A DNA stretch of 64,000 bases from contig CAVSQY010000014.1 in the NCBI GenBank assembly GCA_963730285.1, forward strand, positions 11,992-75,991. Reading direction: 5' to 3'. The DNA is from an uncultured Actinomycetes bacterium. Its GTDB lineage: Bacteria; Actinomycetota; Acidimicrobiia; Spongiisociales; ZC4RG35. Shown here in pieces: positions 1 to 8,657 of this stretch; within the stretch, counting starts at the first letter, position 1; every line of letters begins with the position of its first letter. Under the pieces are notes generated by a model that was not told the DNA's origin, searched no databases, and worked only from the letters and a program-made list of their open reading frames with translations. Both the position numbers and the translations under genes were made by a program.

Positions 1-2295
1 CTCCACCACATAGCCCAGCCGCTCCCACTCGTCTGCCGCATCGGAGATACGACCCTCCCATTCCAGTCCGGCCGGTTCCGGGATCTCACCCTGTGGTGGC
101 TCCAGGTCGAGGCGGCGGGCCCAGAAGGCCAGCATTTCCCTACCCCAGTTGTCGTCGGCCAACCCGGGCGAGCCCAACATGGCCGTATATCTGCCGCCGG
201 CGATCTGGGGTTCGACGACTCCGACCCAGGCACCTTCCATGGCCAGGGCCGCTCCGCCCACGGCGATCTCGTGGTCACGGGAGCCCTCGATCCGATCGAG
301 GATCCTCTCGATCATCTCCCCTGAATCCGGGTCGCCCCGCCGAAGCGCCAAGGTGGCTGCGACGATCAGGGACTCGACCTCGGTGGAGATGCAGGTTCGC
401 TGACCGAGGACCAACGACAGTGCTTGGTCCACCTCTTCCCAACGACCGGTGGCGAGATGGATAGACGAGAGTGTGGACACCGCGGCGATGTACCAGGCTT
501 CGAGCTCTCGTGAGGTGGTGAAGTCGACCAGCTCCTCGAAGTATTCGGCGGCCCTTCCCAGCTCCAACGAGCCGAGGTGGGTCTTGCCGAGGTTGTTGTA
601 GGCGCGCGCCGTCCACTCATCGGCTCCCGACTCTCTCCCCAGGCGGATCGCATCCTCGATGCGGGCCCTACCCACCGGGTCTCCCAGCCAGTGACGGCAC
701 ATTCCCACAGTGGTGTTGGCATGAACCTCGACCCGGGGCGAACCTGCGGCTCGAGCCACTGCCGCCGCCTCCTCGCCATGGTCGATCGAGGCGGAAGCGT
801 CACCTTCGACTGCGAGCACCCAGGAGAGCACGGCGTGGGCGAGTGCCAACTCCTCCGAAGGCGGTTCACCCTGCAAGACCTCGATCGCCAATTCGGCCTC
901 CCGGCGACAGGCCGGCAGGTCGTTCTCACGTGACTCGAAGTAGGCGAGCCAGGCTCGGGCCCGTGCCTCATCGAGCTTGGTGTCCATCATCTCCACGCGT
1001 TGGTCCGCCAGATCGCATGCCTCCTGGAAGAGGTTGACCAGGCAATGCTCCATCGCCGCTTCGAGCAGCGTGTCCTCGAGCACCTTCTCGGGCATCTTCG
1101 ACTGGTATTCGAGCGCGTTGGCATAGTGGACCGCCGCCTGACGATGGGCGCCTCCTCTCGAGGCGTCCCTCGCCGCCCGTAGCGAGTAGTCCACCACCTT
1201 GTCGCCATCACCGGCGCCGACGGCGTGATAGGCGAGCCGGGCGATGTCGGGTGAGTCGGCCGCAGTCTCTTCGAGCAGCCCCAGAAGACGCCGATGGAGG
1301 TCCATCTTCAATGCCGGGGGAACCGCCTGCTCCAGACTGTCCCTGATCAGGGCATGCCGGCAGGTCACCTGGCCGTTGACCGAATCGAGCAGCCTGCGTC
1401 GGACCGCCAGATCCACATAGCTCCCCGCCTCCGGATTCAGCTTGGTCAGCAACGTGAGTGGCAGACCGTCTGGGGAGAGCGCCACCTGGTAGAGAACCTC
1501 CAGTGCATCCGGGGAGAGTCGGGCGGCCCGGACCATGACGGCGTTGGCGATGGTGGCGGGCAGCGTCGACCCCGGATGACTCACCACCTCCTCGACCAGG
1601 AAGGGATTGCCCAGGGTGGCGGCGTGGATCTCGACCGGATCGAGGTCCAGGCCCTTGGTCAGCTCCTCCACGCCTTTCAGCGACAGAGGTTGCAGATCGA
1701 TTCGTGTTCCCACCAGGGCCAGGTCGGCGGTGACCAGGTGGAGCGGGTGGGTCAGGTCCAGCTCCTCGTTCCGGAATGTCACGACCAGACAGCTCCGGGT
1801 CGGCCCGATCCTCCGGCCCAGATACCTGACCAGGCCCAGTGTGGCCTCGTCGGCCCACTGCAGGTCCTCGATGGTCAGGACCACACGGTCACTCTTGAGC
1901 AGGTCGAGCATCCCGGCATAGACCGCCGGGCGGCCGGAGCCGGCCCGAACGTCCCCACGCAGCTCATCGGGGAACGCATCCAGCAGATCGAACAACGGGG
2001 CGAAGGCCGTGGGCACACCTACCGGCTCGCACGCCGCCTCCAGGATCCGGTAGCGGTGATCCAACCCGGCGATGAACGTCCGAAGCAGCGAAGTCTTCCC
2101 GAAACCGGCCTCGCCGGAGATGAGGGCCACGCTCCCGGTGCTGACCGGCTCGGTCATCAGGGCGTGGAGCATCTCCAGCTGCTCGTCACGTTCGACCAGA
2201 GGCTGCAGTCCGAACACGATGCCCGACGCTACACCCCGGTTTGATCGTCCGGCTCGGGGGTCGGTCGTCGAGCTTGGGGTCTGAACGGTAACCAT
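1..2295 (-). CDS. Large STAND/AAA ATPase-domain transcriptional regulator (LuxR/AfsR-type ATP-binding regulator), N-terminal ~765 aa; C-terminus lies beyond window start
   Basis: Reverse-strand frame (codons ending at positions ≡ 0 mod 3) is open from 2295 to position 1, so it is absent from the ORF track. Manual translation gives MVTVQTPSS...FGLQPLVERDEQLEMLHALMTEPVSTGSVALISGEAGFGKTSLLRTFIAGLDHRYRILEAACEPVGVPTAFAPLFDLL (Walker A GEAGFGKT at ~2085-2125), then ...ATLGNPFLVEEVVSH (GNPF motif typical of this family, ~1590-1630), and at window start ...EWEGRISDAADEWERLGYVVE. The + strand ORF 1294..2244 is its antisense shadow. Confidence 0.7.
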   Translation of the reverse strand, partial: MVTVQTPSSTTDPRAGRSNRGVASGIVFGLQPLVERDEQLEMLHALMTEPVSTGSVALISGEAGFGKTSLLRTFIAGLDHRYRILEAACEPVGVPTAFAPLFDLLDAFPDELRGDVRAGSGRPAVYAGMLDLLKSDRVVLTIEDLQWADEATLGLVRYLGRRIGPTRSCLVVTFRNEELDLTHPLHLVTADLALVGTRIDLQPLSLKGVEELTKGLDLDPVEIHAATLGNPFLVEEVVSHPGSTLPATIANAVMVRAARLSPDALEVLYQVALSPDGLPLTLLTKLNPEAGSYVDLAVRRRLLDSVNGQVTCRHALIRDSLEQAVPPALKMDLHRRLLGLLEETAADSPDIARLAYHAVGAGDGDKVVDYSLRAARDASRGGAHRQAAVHYANALEYQSKMPEKVLEDTLLEAAMEHCLVNLFQEACDLADQRVEMMDTKLDEARARAWLAYFESRENDLPACRREAELAIEVLQGEPPSEELALAHAVLSWVLAVEGDASASIDHGEEAAAVARAAGSPRVEVHANTTVGMCRHWLGDPVGRARIEDAIRLGRESGADEWTARAYNNLGKTHLGSLELGRAAEYFEELVDFTTSRELEAWYIAAVSTLSSIHLATGRWEEVDQALSLVLGQRTCISTEVESLIVAATLALRRGDPDSGEMIERILDRIEGSRDHEIAVGGAALAMEGAWVGVVEPQIAGGRYTAMLGSPGLADDNWGREMLAFWARRLDLEPPQGEIPEPAGLEWEGRISDAADEWERLGYVVE

Positions 2296-2311
2296 GATCG
2301 GGCCTCCCGGC

Positions 2312-2563
2312 TCAGGAGTGCTCGCTCACCGGGTAGATCTCGTCTGCCACCAGGCCATGGGCGTCCCGATGAACCCTGTTCGCCAACTCGGCGCTCTCTG
2401 CTTCGACGAGGCAGAAGATCTTGCCGGCGGCCTCATCGACCCAATAGCGCTTGTAGTCGACACCGAAGCTGCCCTGGGTCTCCAGGTCTTTGGCATGGGC
2501 CTGGGCCACGTCGGTCTCCGATACTCCACCATCGATGGTGTGCACATCCATGAACAACGGCAT
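2312..2563 (-). CDS. DUF4242 family protein (SCO4226-like small nickel-binding protein family), paralogue of 26850..27103
   Basis: 83-aa ORF MPLFMDVHTIDGG...VHRDAHGLVADEIYPVSEHS; C-terminal 20 aa nearly identical to the ORF at 26850. Sits 16 nt upstream of, and co-directional with, the STAND regulator start at 2295. Confidence 0.75.
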   Translation of the reverse strand: MPLFMDVHTIDGGVSETDVAQAHAKDLETQGSFGVDYKRYWVDEAAGKIFCLVEAESAELANRVHRDAHGLVADEIYPVSEHS

Positions 2564-2619
2564 GCGAGCTCCTTTCTCGTCTCTTGCTCACAACCTATGA
2601 GGCGGGCCACCCGAGCGCA

Positions 2620-2637
2620 TAGGGAGAATTCCCTATC
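2620..2637. promoter_or_regulatory. Perfect 7-bp inverted repeat ATAGGGA-gaat-TCCCTAT in the leader region of the DUF4242/regulator operon
   Basis: Read directly: atagggagaattccctat, about 57 nt upstream of the DUF4242 start (2563, - strand). Candidate operator or RNA hairpin. Confidence 0.3.
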
Positions 2638-2876
2638 TTGGGAAATGGGCCAGGTGGCGACTCACGATCTGGCGTGATCGAACCACGGTGATGCTGGTCG
2701 TGGAGCCGGCTGCTCGGCGGCTTCCGATCTGACTTCGACCCACCATGGGCACTGCCACCCCCAAAGATGGGGCGACCTCCCGATGTGCCGTCATCGCTCC
2801 CGCCATACGTTTTGTTGGGTGATGAGCGCAACGACGTCCCCCGACCGGGGAGCGTCCCGAATCAAGGAGGAAGCCC

Positions 2877-3320
2877 ATGACGATTGCGATTCACAGACGA
2901 CTCCGGCAGCAGAGGTCCATGATCGGTGTGGGGTTGGTGGCAGTCCTGACCGTGGCCACCGTCGTGGCTCTCCGTCTCGACAGCCGGCCGATCACGGTGA
3001 CGGACGATCCCGCCCCGGCAGTCCAGAGTGGTGCGTTGGACCCGGCCCAGAGTGCGGCGACCGTACAGCCTCTCAGGGACGTCGAGATCCATCAGAAGTG
3101 GCTGGAGTCGGTCCGGAACGGGGCCATCGGGTCCGGTCAGGCGGCCGATGCGGGGAGCAACGCTGCGACCTTCATCGAGACGTCGGGTGGGGGTCTGGTT
3201 CGGGGTGATGCCGGCTCGGGCCTCGTGCCCCAGCGAGCTGGAGACGCTTCCCTGCCCGCAACCGTGCCGGCTCAGCCGGCTGGAGCGGGTAATGGGTTCG
3301 GGGCCCTTCCCGCCCGATAG
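2877..3320 (+). CDS. Hypothetical membrane-anchored protein (N-terminal TM helix, Ala/Gly-rich tail)
   Basis: ORF with strong SD (caaggagga) 8 nt upstream of ATG; hydrophobic segment MIGVGLVAVLTVATVVAL. Confidence 0.5.
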   Translation: MTIAIHRRLRQQRSMIGVGLVAVLTVATVVALRLDSRPITVTDDPAPAVQSGALDPAQSAATVQPLRDVEIHQKWLESVRNGAIGSGQAADAGSNAATFIETSGGGLVRGDAGSGLVPQRAGDASLPATVPAQPAGAGNGFGALPAR

Positions 3321-3580
3321 CCCGACCCTTCCCGACGACAGCTCCCGGATCCTCCCTTTCCGGGAGTTGTCGCGTCGGGGGGTTTGCGGTTTCTCAATTA
3401 AACGAGCCTCTGAAACTTCGGTCCACGCGGCGAGGCGGCCACAACTAGATAGCTCGGGAATCTGCGATAGATGCTCACAGCGGGTGCTCTCCGGCATGAT
3501 TGCGGCTGTCCCCCATTGGGTATGGGGGTGATCTTGAAAGCAAACAGTCGAAAGTCGATGTCAAATAGAAGGATCCCAAC

Positions 3581-4039
3581 GTGACCGAGTGGAACACATG
3601 GCTTCTATTCATCCACGTGGCCAGTGCGATGGTCTGGCTCGGCGGTGGCATTGCGATGTGCCTGCTTGGCTACCGGGCTCGTGGAAGCGCCGACGCCGCC
3701 GAGTTGGGAGACTTCGGTCGTACTCTTTCCTACGTCGGTCTGCGGGCGTTCACTCCTTCCGTGGTGCTCGTACTTGTAACCGGCATATGGATGGTCCTGG
3801 CTGGAACGGGAGATTTTGGCGATCTCTGGGTCATCATCGCCCTGGTGGCCTTCGTGACTGCGTTCCTCATCGGCGCCGTCTATCTGAGTCGCCAAGCCCT
3901 TCTCCTGGAACGTTTGAGTCGAGACGGCGACACCCCAAGGGCACGCCTCGCACTGCAACGTTGGCTGACCGGCTACAGCACCGTGCTCCTCGTTCTCCTC
4001 GTCGCTCTCTGGGACATGATCTTCAAGCCGGGTATATGA
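3581..4039 (+). CDS. Small integral membrane protein (4 predicted TM helices), hypothetical
   Basis: 152-aa ORF with four hydrophobic stretches (WLLFIHVASAMVWLGGGIAMCLLGY ... VLLVLLVALWDMIF); AT-rich upstream region 3391-3580. Confidence 0.6.
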   Translation: MTEWNTWLLFIHVASAMVWLGGGIAMCLLGYRARGSADAAELGDFGRTLSYVGLRAFTPSVVLVLVTGIWMVLAGTGDFGDLWVIIALVAFVTAFLIGAVYLSRQALLLERLSRDGDTPRARLALQRWLTGYSTVLLVLLVALWDMIFKPGI

Positions 4040-4096
4040 GCTGTCGGGCTTCCGGACAAAGCCGAATCCCCTGGCTGATCGCCAACCGTTGCCGGC

Positions 4097-4516
4097 TCAG
4101 AAGTCGTGCCCCCAGGGGCCGACTCCGTAGATCCGCTCGACAGTGACCCGGGTCACGAATCCGGGGGGCATGTCCCGCATGGGGAATCGCTCACCAGGCC
4201 CGATGTAGAACTCCGCCAGATGATCCATCCACTCCAGGGCCTCTCCTTCGAAGATCCTGGCGCGACCCTGGATGACCACATAGGGGTGGAGCCCCTGACC
4301 GGTGTTCTCGTGTGCCTGGAAGGAGACGGCCACACGGGGGTCACGCCGTATCGAGTCCAGCTTGTGCTGGTCGGGGAACGTGGCGAACACGAGCTCGTCA
4401 CCATCGAAACCTGCCCAGGTCACGGTGATATGGGGGGTCCCATCCGCATCCAGTGTCACGAGGTGGCCTAGTGGCCCGGTGGCGAGGAGATCGCGAACCG
4501 ATTGGGGAATGTCCAT
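4097..4516 (-). CDS. PPOX-class F420-dependent / pyridoxamine 5'-phosphate oxidase family protein
   Basis: The ORF 4097..4795 has a Pro/Arg-rich improbable N-terminus. The internal Met (MDIPQSVRDLLATGPLGHLVTLDADGTPHITVTWAG...PYVVIQGRARIFEGEALEWMDHL) gives a 139-aa protein matching the split-barrel PNPOx fold family. Confidence 0.65.
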   Translation of the reverse strand: MDIPQSVRDLLATGPLGHLVTLDADGTPHITVTWAGFDGDELVFATFPDQHKLDSIRRDPRVAVSFQAHENTGQGLHPYVVIQGRARIFEGEALEWMDHLAEFYIGPGERFPMRDMPPGFVTRVTVERIYGVGPWGHDF

Positions 4517-4809
4517 AACGACCGAGGTTACAACCGGAGCCAGATTCGGTGGTCCGACGGCATCACGCAGGGGTGTTGAGCTGGGTCTGGGCGGTGAGTT
4601 TGGCCTCTGACCGGGGGCGGGCCGATCTGAGAATGTAGTGGGTTTGATCGGGTTTGGGCAGCGGGATCGGATTATTGGGGCCGGCGAGCGCGGGCAGCAC
4701 GTGTCAAGGTTCTGCTGAGACATTCCGAAGACATCTGGAGAGCAGAATCGAATCCGGAGTTCCTCCGGGGTGTCTCGTTGAAAGTTTGCGGTCACGTTGG
4801 GAGTAACCC

Positions 4810-5928
4810 TTGCACGTCGCCTCGGCGGAATTTAGGAGGGCACCGGCACCTCAGCGTCGGCTCATCGCCGCGTCCCTGGTGGTCGCGACCGTCGGCTTTC
4901 TGGCCGTTCTGATCCTGGTCATCCCGGAGGGGAACCCTGCCGTTGTCCTTTTGTCGGCGATCCCGGTCGCCATCGCCGGCGGCTTCTTTGGTCTGCGCTT
5001 CGTTGTCGCTTTCATGACCATCCTGGCCATCGGCACGGTGGCCGTGGTCGAGTGGGTGGGGCCCGGCTTCGGCCAGATGATCCAGACATACCGGGGCATA
5101 CCCATCGTCATGCTGATCCTGATGGGCTTGGTCGTCGGTCGGCTGCGTGACCTGTCCGATGAGATGAAGTGGCAGTTGGAGCGAAGCAAGAAAGTGGAAG
5201 CCAAGCTCCGCACCACCCAGCAGCAGCTGGAGGAGTCACTGGCGGCCAAGGACCAGCTGATTGCCTCGGTTGGCCACCAACTCCGCACCCCGCTCACCGC
5301 GGTGCTCGGGTTTGCCGAGATGCTGCAGGCCGGGAACAACACCGACATGACGCCCGTCGAGCGTGAGGAGATGGTGAGTCACATCGCCCAGCAGGCTTTC
5401 CGCATCTCCGCCGCCATCGACGACCTCCTGGTGGCAGCTCGCATCGAGATCGGGAAACTCGAAGTCACCAGGGTTCCGATCGCACTGCGAGCCCAGATCG
5501 CACAGGTCATCGAGAACTGGGATTCCGATGAGGTCGGCAACATCACGGTCAGCGGCGACGACACCCGGGCCGTAGGTGACCCCGCCCGGGTTCGACAGAT
5601 TCTGCGAAACCTGATTTCCAATGCTCTGGCCTACGGGGGCGGTGACGTGGCGGTGAGGGTCGGGACCAATTCGACTCATGCCCTCGTCGAGGTGTCCGAC
5701 AACGGGCCCGGGCTCCCTGCCGACCAATGGGAGGCGATTTTCGAGCCCTATTACCGCTATCACTCCGAGGTCAGCCAGCCCGGCTCGGTCGGGCTCGGGC
5801 TCACGGTCTCCCGGGGTCTGGCGGAGGTCATGGACGGCGACCTCCAATACCGGTACCAGGAAGGGGAGGGCACCTTCGCGTTTCGCCTTCCCCTCGCCAC
5901 CTTGAACCCGGGGCCGTTCTCCGAATAG
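4810..5928 (+). CDS. Membrane sensor histidine kinase (4 TM + HisKA + HATPase_c); no adjacent response regulator
   Basis: H-box DQLIASVGHQLRTPLTAVLGFAEML, N-box RQILRNLISNALAYGG, G-boxes DNGPGL / GLGLTVSRGLAEVMDGDL. Kinase core paralogous to 30323..31813 and 56758..58356. Confidence 0.85.
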   Translation: MHVASAEFRRAPAPQRRLIAASLVVATVGFLAVLILVIPEGNPAVVLLSAIPVAIAGGFFGLRFVVAFMTILAIGTVAVVEWVGPGFGQMIQTYRGIPIVMLILMGLVVGRLRDLSDEMKWQLERSKKVEAKLRTTQQQLEESLAAKDQLIASVGHQLRTPLTAVLGFAEMLQAGNNTDMTPVEREEMVSHIAQQAFRISAAIDDLLVAARIEIGKLEVTRVPIALRAQIAQVIENWDSDEVGNITVSGDDTRAVGDPARVRQILRNLISNALAYGGGDVAVRVGTNSTHALVEVSDNGPGLPADQWEAIFEPYYRYHSEVSQPGSVGLGLTVSRGLAEVMDGDLQYRYQEGEGTFAFRLPLATLNPGPFSE

Positions 5929-6016
5929 GTAGCGGGGCCCCTCGTTTTGAGTAGTCGGATCTTCACCTGCCGGCCTTACTTTCGGCGCTGAGCTGCGGTT
6001 CGGTCAGGGAGGCAGC

Positions 6017-6348
6017 ATGCGAATCTCATTAGGGCGGACGATGACACTCAGACGTGGGCTCACCCTGGTCGTCACGCTCATGCTCGTGGCGGCCTGTGCC
6101 GGATCCGATGGCGCAGGGTCGAACGACTCGAGCGATGCCGGAACCACCACCACGACCGGCGGCGCCGAGGCGACCACGAGGGTGACGTCGAAGCCACCTA
6201 TGACGGGATGGTCCTCATGGAGGAGACCTTCGCCCGCCACGACTACGACATGACGGCGATCCCCGAGGACGAGCTGAAGGCGCTGTCGGACCCGGAGTTG
6301 GCTGCTGCGGCTCAGCGCATCCCCGACTATTGCGGTGTGGGCGGCTGA
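6017..6348 (+). pseudogene. Putative lipoprotein with apparent frameshift (signal peptide/lipobox in one frame, conserved-looking C-terminus in another)
   Basis: Frame from 6017 (SD agggagg): MRISLGRTMTLRRGLTLVVTLMLVAACAGSDGAGSNDSSDAGTTTTTGG... runs into low-complexity text and stops at 6253. The other frame reads ...EGDVEATYDGMVLMEETFARHDYDMTAIPEDELKALSDPELAAAAQRIPDYCGVGG* ending at 6348. Both frames are open across the ACC-rich tract ~6140-6200. Confidence 0.3.
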
Positions 6349-6423
6349 CTAGCTGCAGCGCCAACTTCCTGCCGGTCTCGGGGGTATTGCTTTCTGTCTC
6401 AGGGCCCCTGTACTGTCGAACAC

Positions 6424-7761
6424 ATGTTCGATCTGCTACTCGAGACCAGTTGGGATGACGCCTATCTCGACGAATTGACCGAGGCGGCCCTGTCGGAGCC
6501 GGCTGATGCAGATGTTTCGATTCCAGCGGGACTGGCCGAGATGGCCCCAGGCCCGTTTCTCGCCGCAATCCTCTCGACCATCGACGTGACGACTCTCTCC
6601 GGCTACGACCGCGTCGTCGTGCTGCAAGCCCGGCAGCGGATGGCTTCGCACTCCGAGGCGGCCACGTATGAGGCGACGTCTGCCGTCGCCGATCACTACT
6701 TCGAGCTGGATGGCGACTTCGTGTCGGCGGATGAGGCCGCCGAGCTCGAGATCCGCGCTGCGCTGAGACTCACCCGGAGGTCCGCCAACATCCGCCTGAC
6801 CCTGGCCCACGACCTCCATCATCGGCTTCCTGCCGTTGGCCGGGCGCTGGCCGCAGGCGACATCGACGTGCCCCGTTCCCGGGTTCTCTGCCACGAGACC
6901 GGTCACCTCGACGACGACACCGCACGCCGCGTGGTCGACCTGGTCATCGATGAAGCTCCCCGATTGACCACCGGTCAGCTGGGTGCCCATCTCCGTCAGG
7001 TGTGTGTCGAGGCTGATCCCGACGACGCCAAGATCCGCTATGAAGAGGCGCTCGAGGAGCGTCGGGTGACGAGAGAGGCCACCGTTTCGGGAACCACCAA
7101 CCTGTTCCTCCTGGACGTGGAGACAGATCGGGCAGCCGAGGCCTTCAAACACATCGACCGCCTGGCCAGGAGTCTCAAGACGAAGGACCAGAAGCGTGGC
7201 ATGGACCAGATTCGCGCCGATGTCGCCCTCGATTTGCTCTGTGGTAAGCCGTCACAAGCGAGCTCAGGCAAGGGGAGCATCAACATCCGTGTTGATCTCG
7301 CCACCCTGGCGCAACTCGACGACAACCCAGCCGAATTGGGTGGGTACGGGCCGGTCATCGCAGACATCGCCCGCCAGGTCACCGAACGTCAGCAGTCCTC
7401 CCAGTGGAAGTGGACACTCACCCACCCCGACAGTGGGATGGTCCTCGACACCGGGATCACCCGGAGGCGGCCCAACGCCACGCAACAACGGTGGGTGGAA
7501 GCCGAGAACCCCACCTGCACCTTCCCCGGTTGTCGGATGCCCGCTGAGGAGTGTGACATCGACCACTTGCGGCCGTGGGCGGAAGATGGGCCGACCGCAG
7601 TCGGCAACCTGAATCCGGACTGTCGTCACGATCACGTTCAATTCACCAAACATGGCTGGAGGCATTACCGGCTGCCCGACGGCGACTACCTCTGGATCAG
7701 CCCTCTCGGCCATCGGTACACCACCAGCGGTCGCGCCCCACCGCCGGATCCGGAGGAGTGA
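6424..7761 (+). CDS. HNH endonuclease with N-terminal DUF222 domain (REP13E12-type; commonly associated with mobile DNA in actinobacteria)
   Basis: 445-aa ORF; C-terminal HNH signature CTFPGCRMPAEECDIDHLRPWAEDGPTAVGNLNPDCRHDH; N-terminal DUF222-like region (VVLQARQRMASHSEAATYEAT...RLTRRSAN). Confidence 0.8.
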   Translation: MFDLLLETSWDDAYLDELTEAALSEPADADVSIPAGLAEMAPGPFLAAILSTIDVTTLSGYDRVVVLQARQRMASHSEAATYEATSAVADHYFELDGDFVSADEAAELEIRAALRLTRRSANIRLTLAHDLHHRLPAVGRALAAGDIDVPRSRVLCHETGHLDDDTARRVVDLVIDEAPRLTTGQLGAHLRQVCVEADPDDAKIRYEEALEERRVTREATVSGTTNLFLLDVETDRAAEAFKHIDRLARSLKTKDQKRGMDQIRADVALDLLCGKPSQASSGKGSINIRVDLATLAQLDDNPAELGGYGPVIADIARQVTERQQSSQWKWTLTHPDSGMVLDTGITRRRPNATQQRWVEAENPTCTFPGCRMPAEECDIDHLRPWAEDGPTAVGNLNPDCRHDHVQFTKHGWRHYRLPDGDYLWISPLGHRYTTSGRAPPPDPEE

Positions 7762-7890
7762 GGGCGGTCCACGCCGACGACGCCGTCCTCAGAACGAGTA
7801 GTCGCTTTCGTGAGATGAGTAGCCCGACCAGTGCTTTCGAGCCATACATTCGAACGAGCCCACTCCGGGACCATCCATTCGAGATACGCG

Positions 7891-8496
7891 ATGAAACACA
7901 GATGGCCACTCGCCCTGACCATGGCCCTCCTACTTTTGACGGCTTGCGCCGGGTCCCCTGACACCGGCCCCGCCGCGACCAGCGGCGCCGCCGACACCAC
8001 CACATCGATCTCGGGATCAGACGCCTCGGTTGCCGACGATGGCGGCTCCGCAACCACGACCACGGCAGCGAATGATGACAAGTCGACGGCCGGCGACCTC
8101 GGTGCCAACAGCGCCACTATCACCCTCGACGGCACCACCTACCTCTTCCAACTGGACGAAGGTGGCACCTGTGACCCGAATTGGGTTGGCACGGGGGGCA
8201 TGCGGGCAATCCTCACCATGGTCGACGAGAACGGAGACCCGGTCGCATTCGAGCAGGACTCGACCATCACCCAAGGGGTGGACTTGTTCCTGGTCATGCC
8301 CGGTGAGGGAGCGCCCGCATCGACGATCCTCGTGGGCCTGGAGCCCGCCTGGTGGGCCAATCCGGACAGCGTCGCCGGGAGCGGCGTCGATTCCCTCAGC
8401 CTCGACTCTGGTCACGCCGAAGGCACTGCGACATTCATGACCGAGGCGGGCGACGGCCCGGCCCAGGGGACCTTCGAGGTCAACTGCGCCGGCTAA
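7891..8496 (+). CDS. Secreted lipoprotein, hypothetical (Thr/Ser/Ala-rich linker)
   Basis: Internal Met MKHRWPLALTMALLLLTACAGS gives a signal peptide + lipobox (LTAC); ORF track start 7831 is probably too early. Confidence 0.55.
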   Translation: MKHRWPLALTMALLLLTACAGSPDTGPAATSGAADTTTSISGSDASVADDGGSATTTTAANDDKSTAGDLGANSATITLDGTTYLFQLDEGGTCDPNWVGTGGMRAILTMVDENGDPVAFEQDSTITQGVDLFLVMPGEGAPASTILVGLEPAWWANPDSVAGSGVDSLSLDSGHAEGTATFMTEAGDGPAQGTFEVNCAG

Positions 8497-8657
8497 TAGG
8501 CCCGTAATCGGGGTTTTCCGGGATCCCTCTTTGAGTAGTCGGAGCCGTGGGAATGAGTAGCCGGGATCGCGCCGGTTCCCGTACGTTGCAAACAGGGGCC
8601 TGGCGACGGGAGAGCGCAGGCCCGCATGCACACACCTTTCCGGTCTGGAGGAGCGAG

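Noticed and set aside
275-1858. Several reverse-strand ORFs (275-616, 366-971, 987-1211, 1208-1858) with Arg/Pro/Gly-rich translations
   Set aside because: Alternative frames of the real regulator gene in GC-rich DNA; none is in the homologous frame.
1294-2244. 316-aa + strand ORF (Gln/Asp/His-rich)
   Set aside because: Antisense shadow of the open reverse-strand regulator frame (1-2295); composition atypical for a protein; the opposite strand carries clear Walker A and GNPF motifs.
3391-3580. AT-rich patches (ttaaacgag..., gtcaaatagaagga) as possible promoter or terminator
   Set aside because: Plausible promoter region for the 3581 gene but no convincing -35/-10 or hairpin-T tract could be defined by eye.
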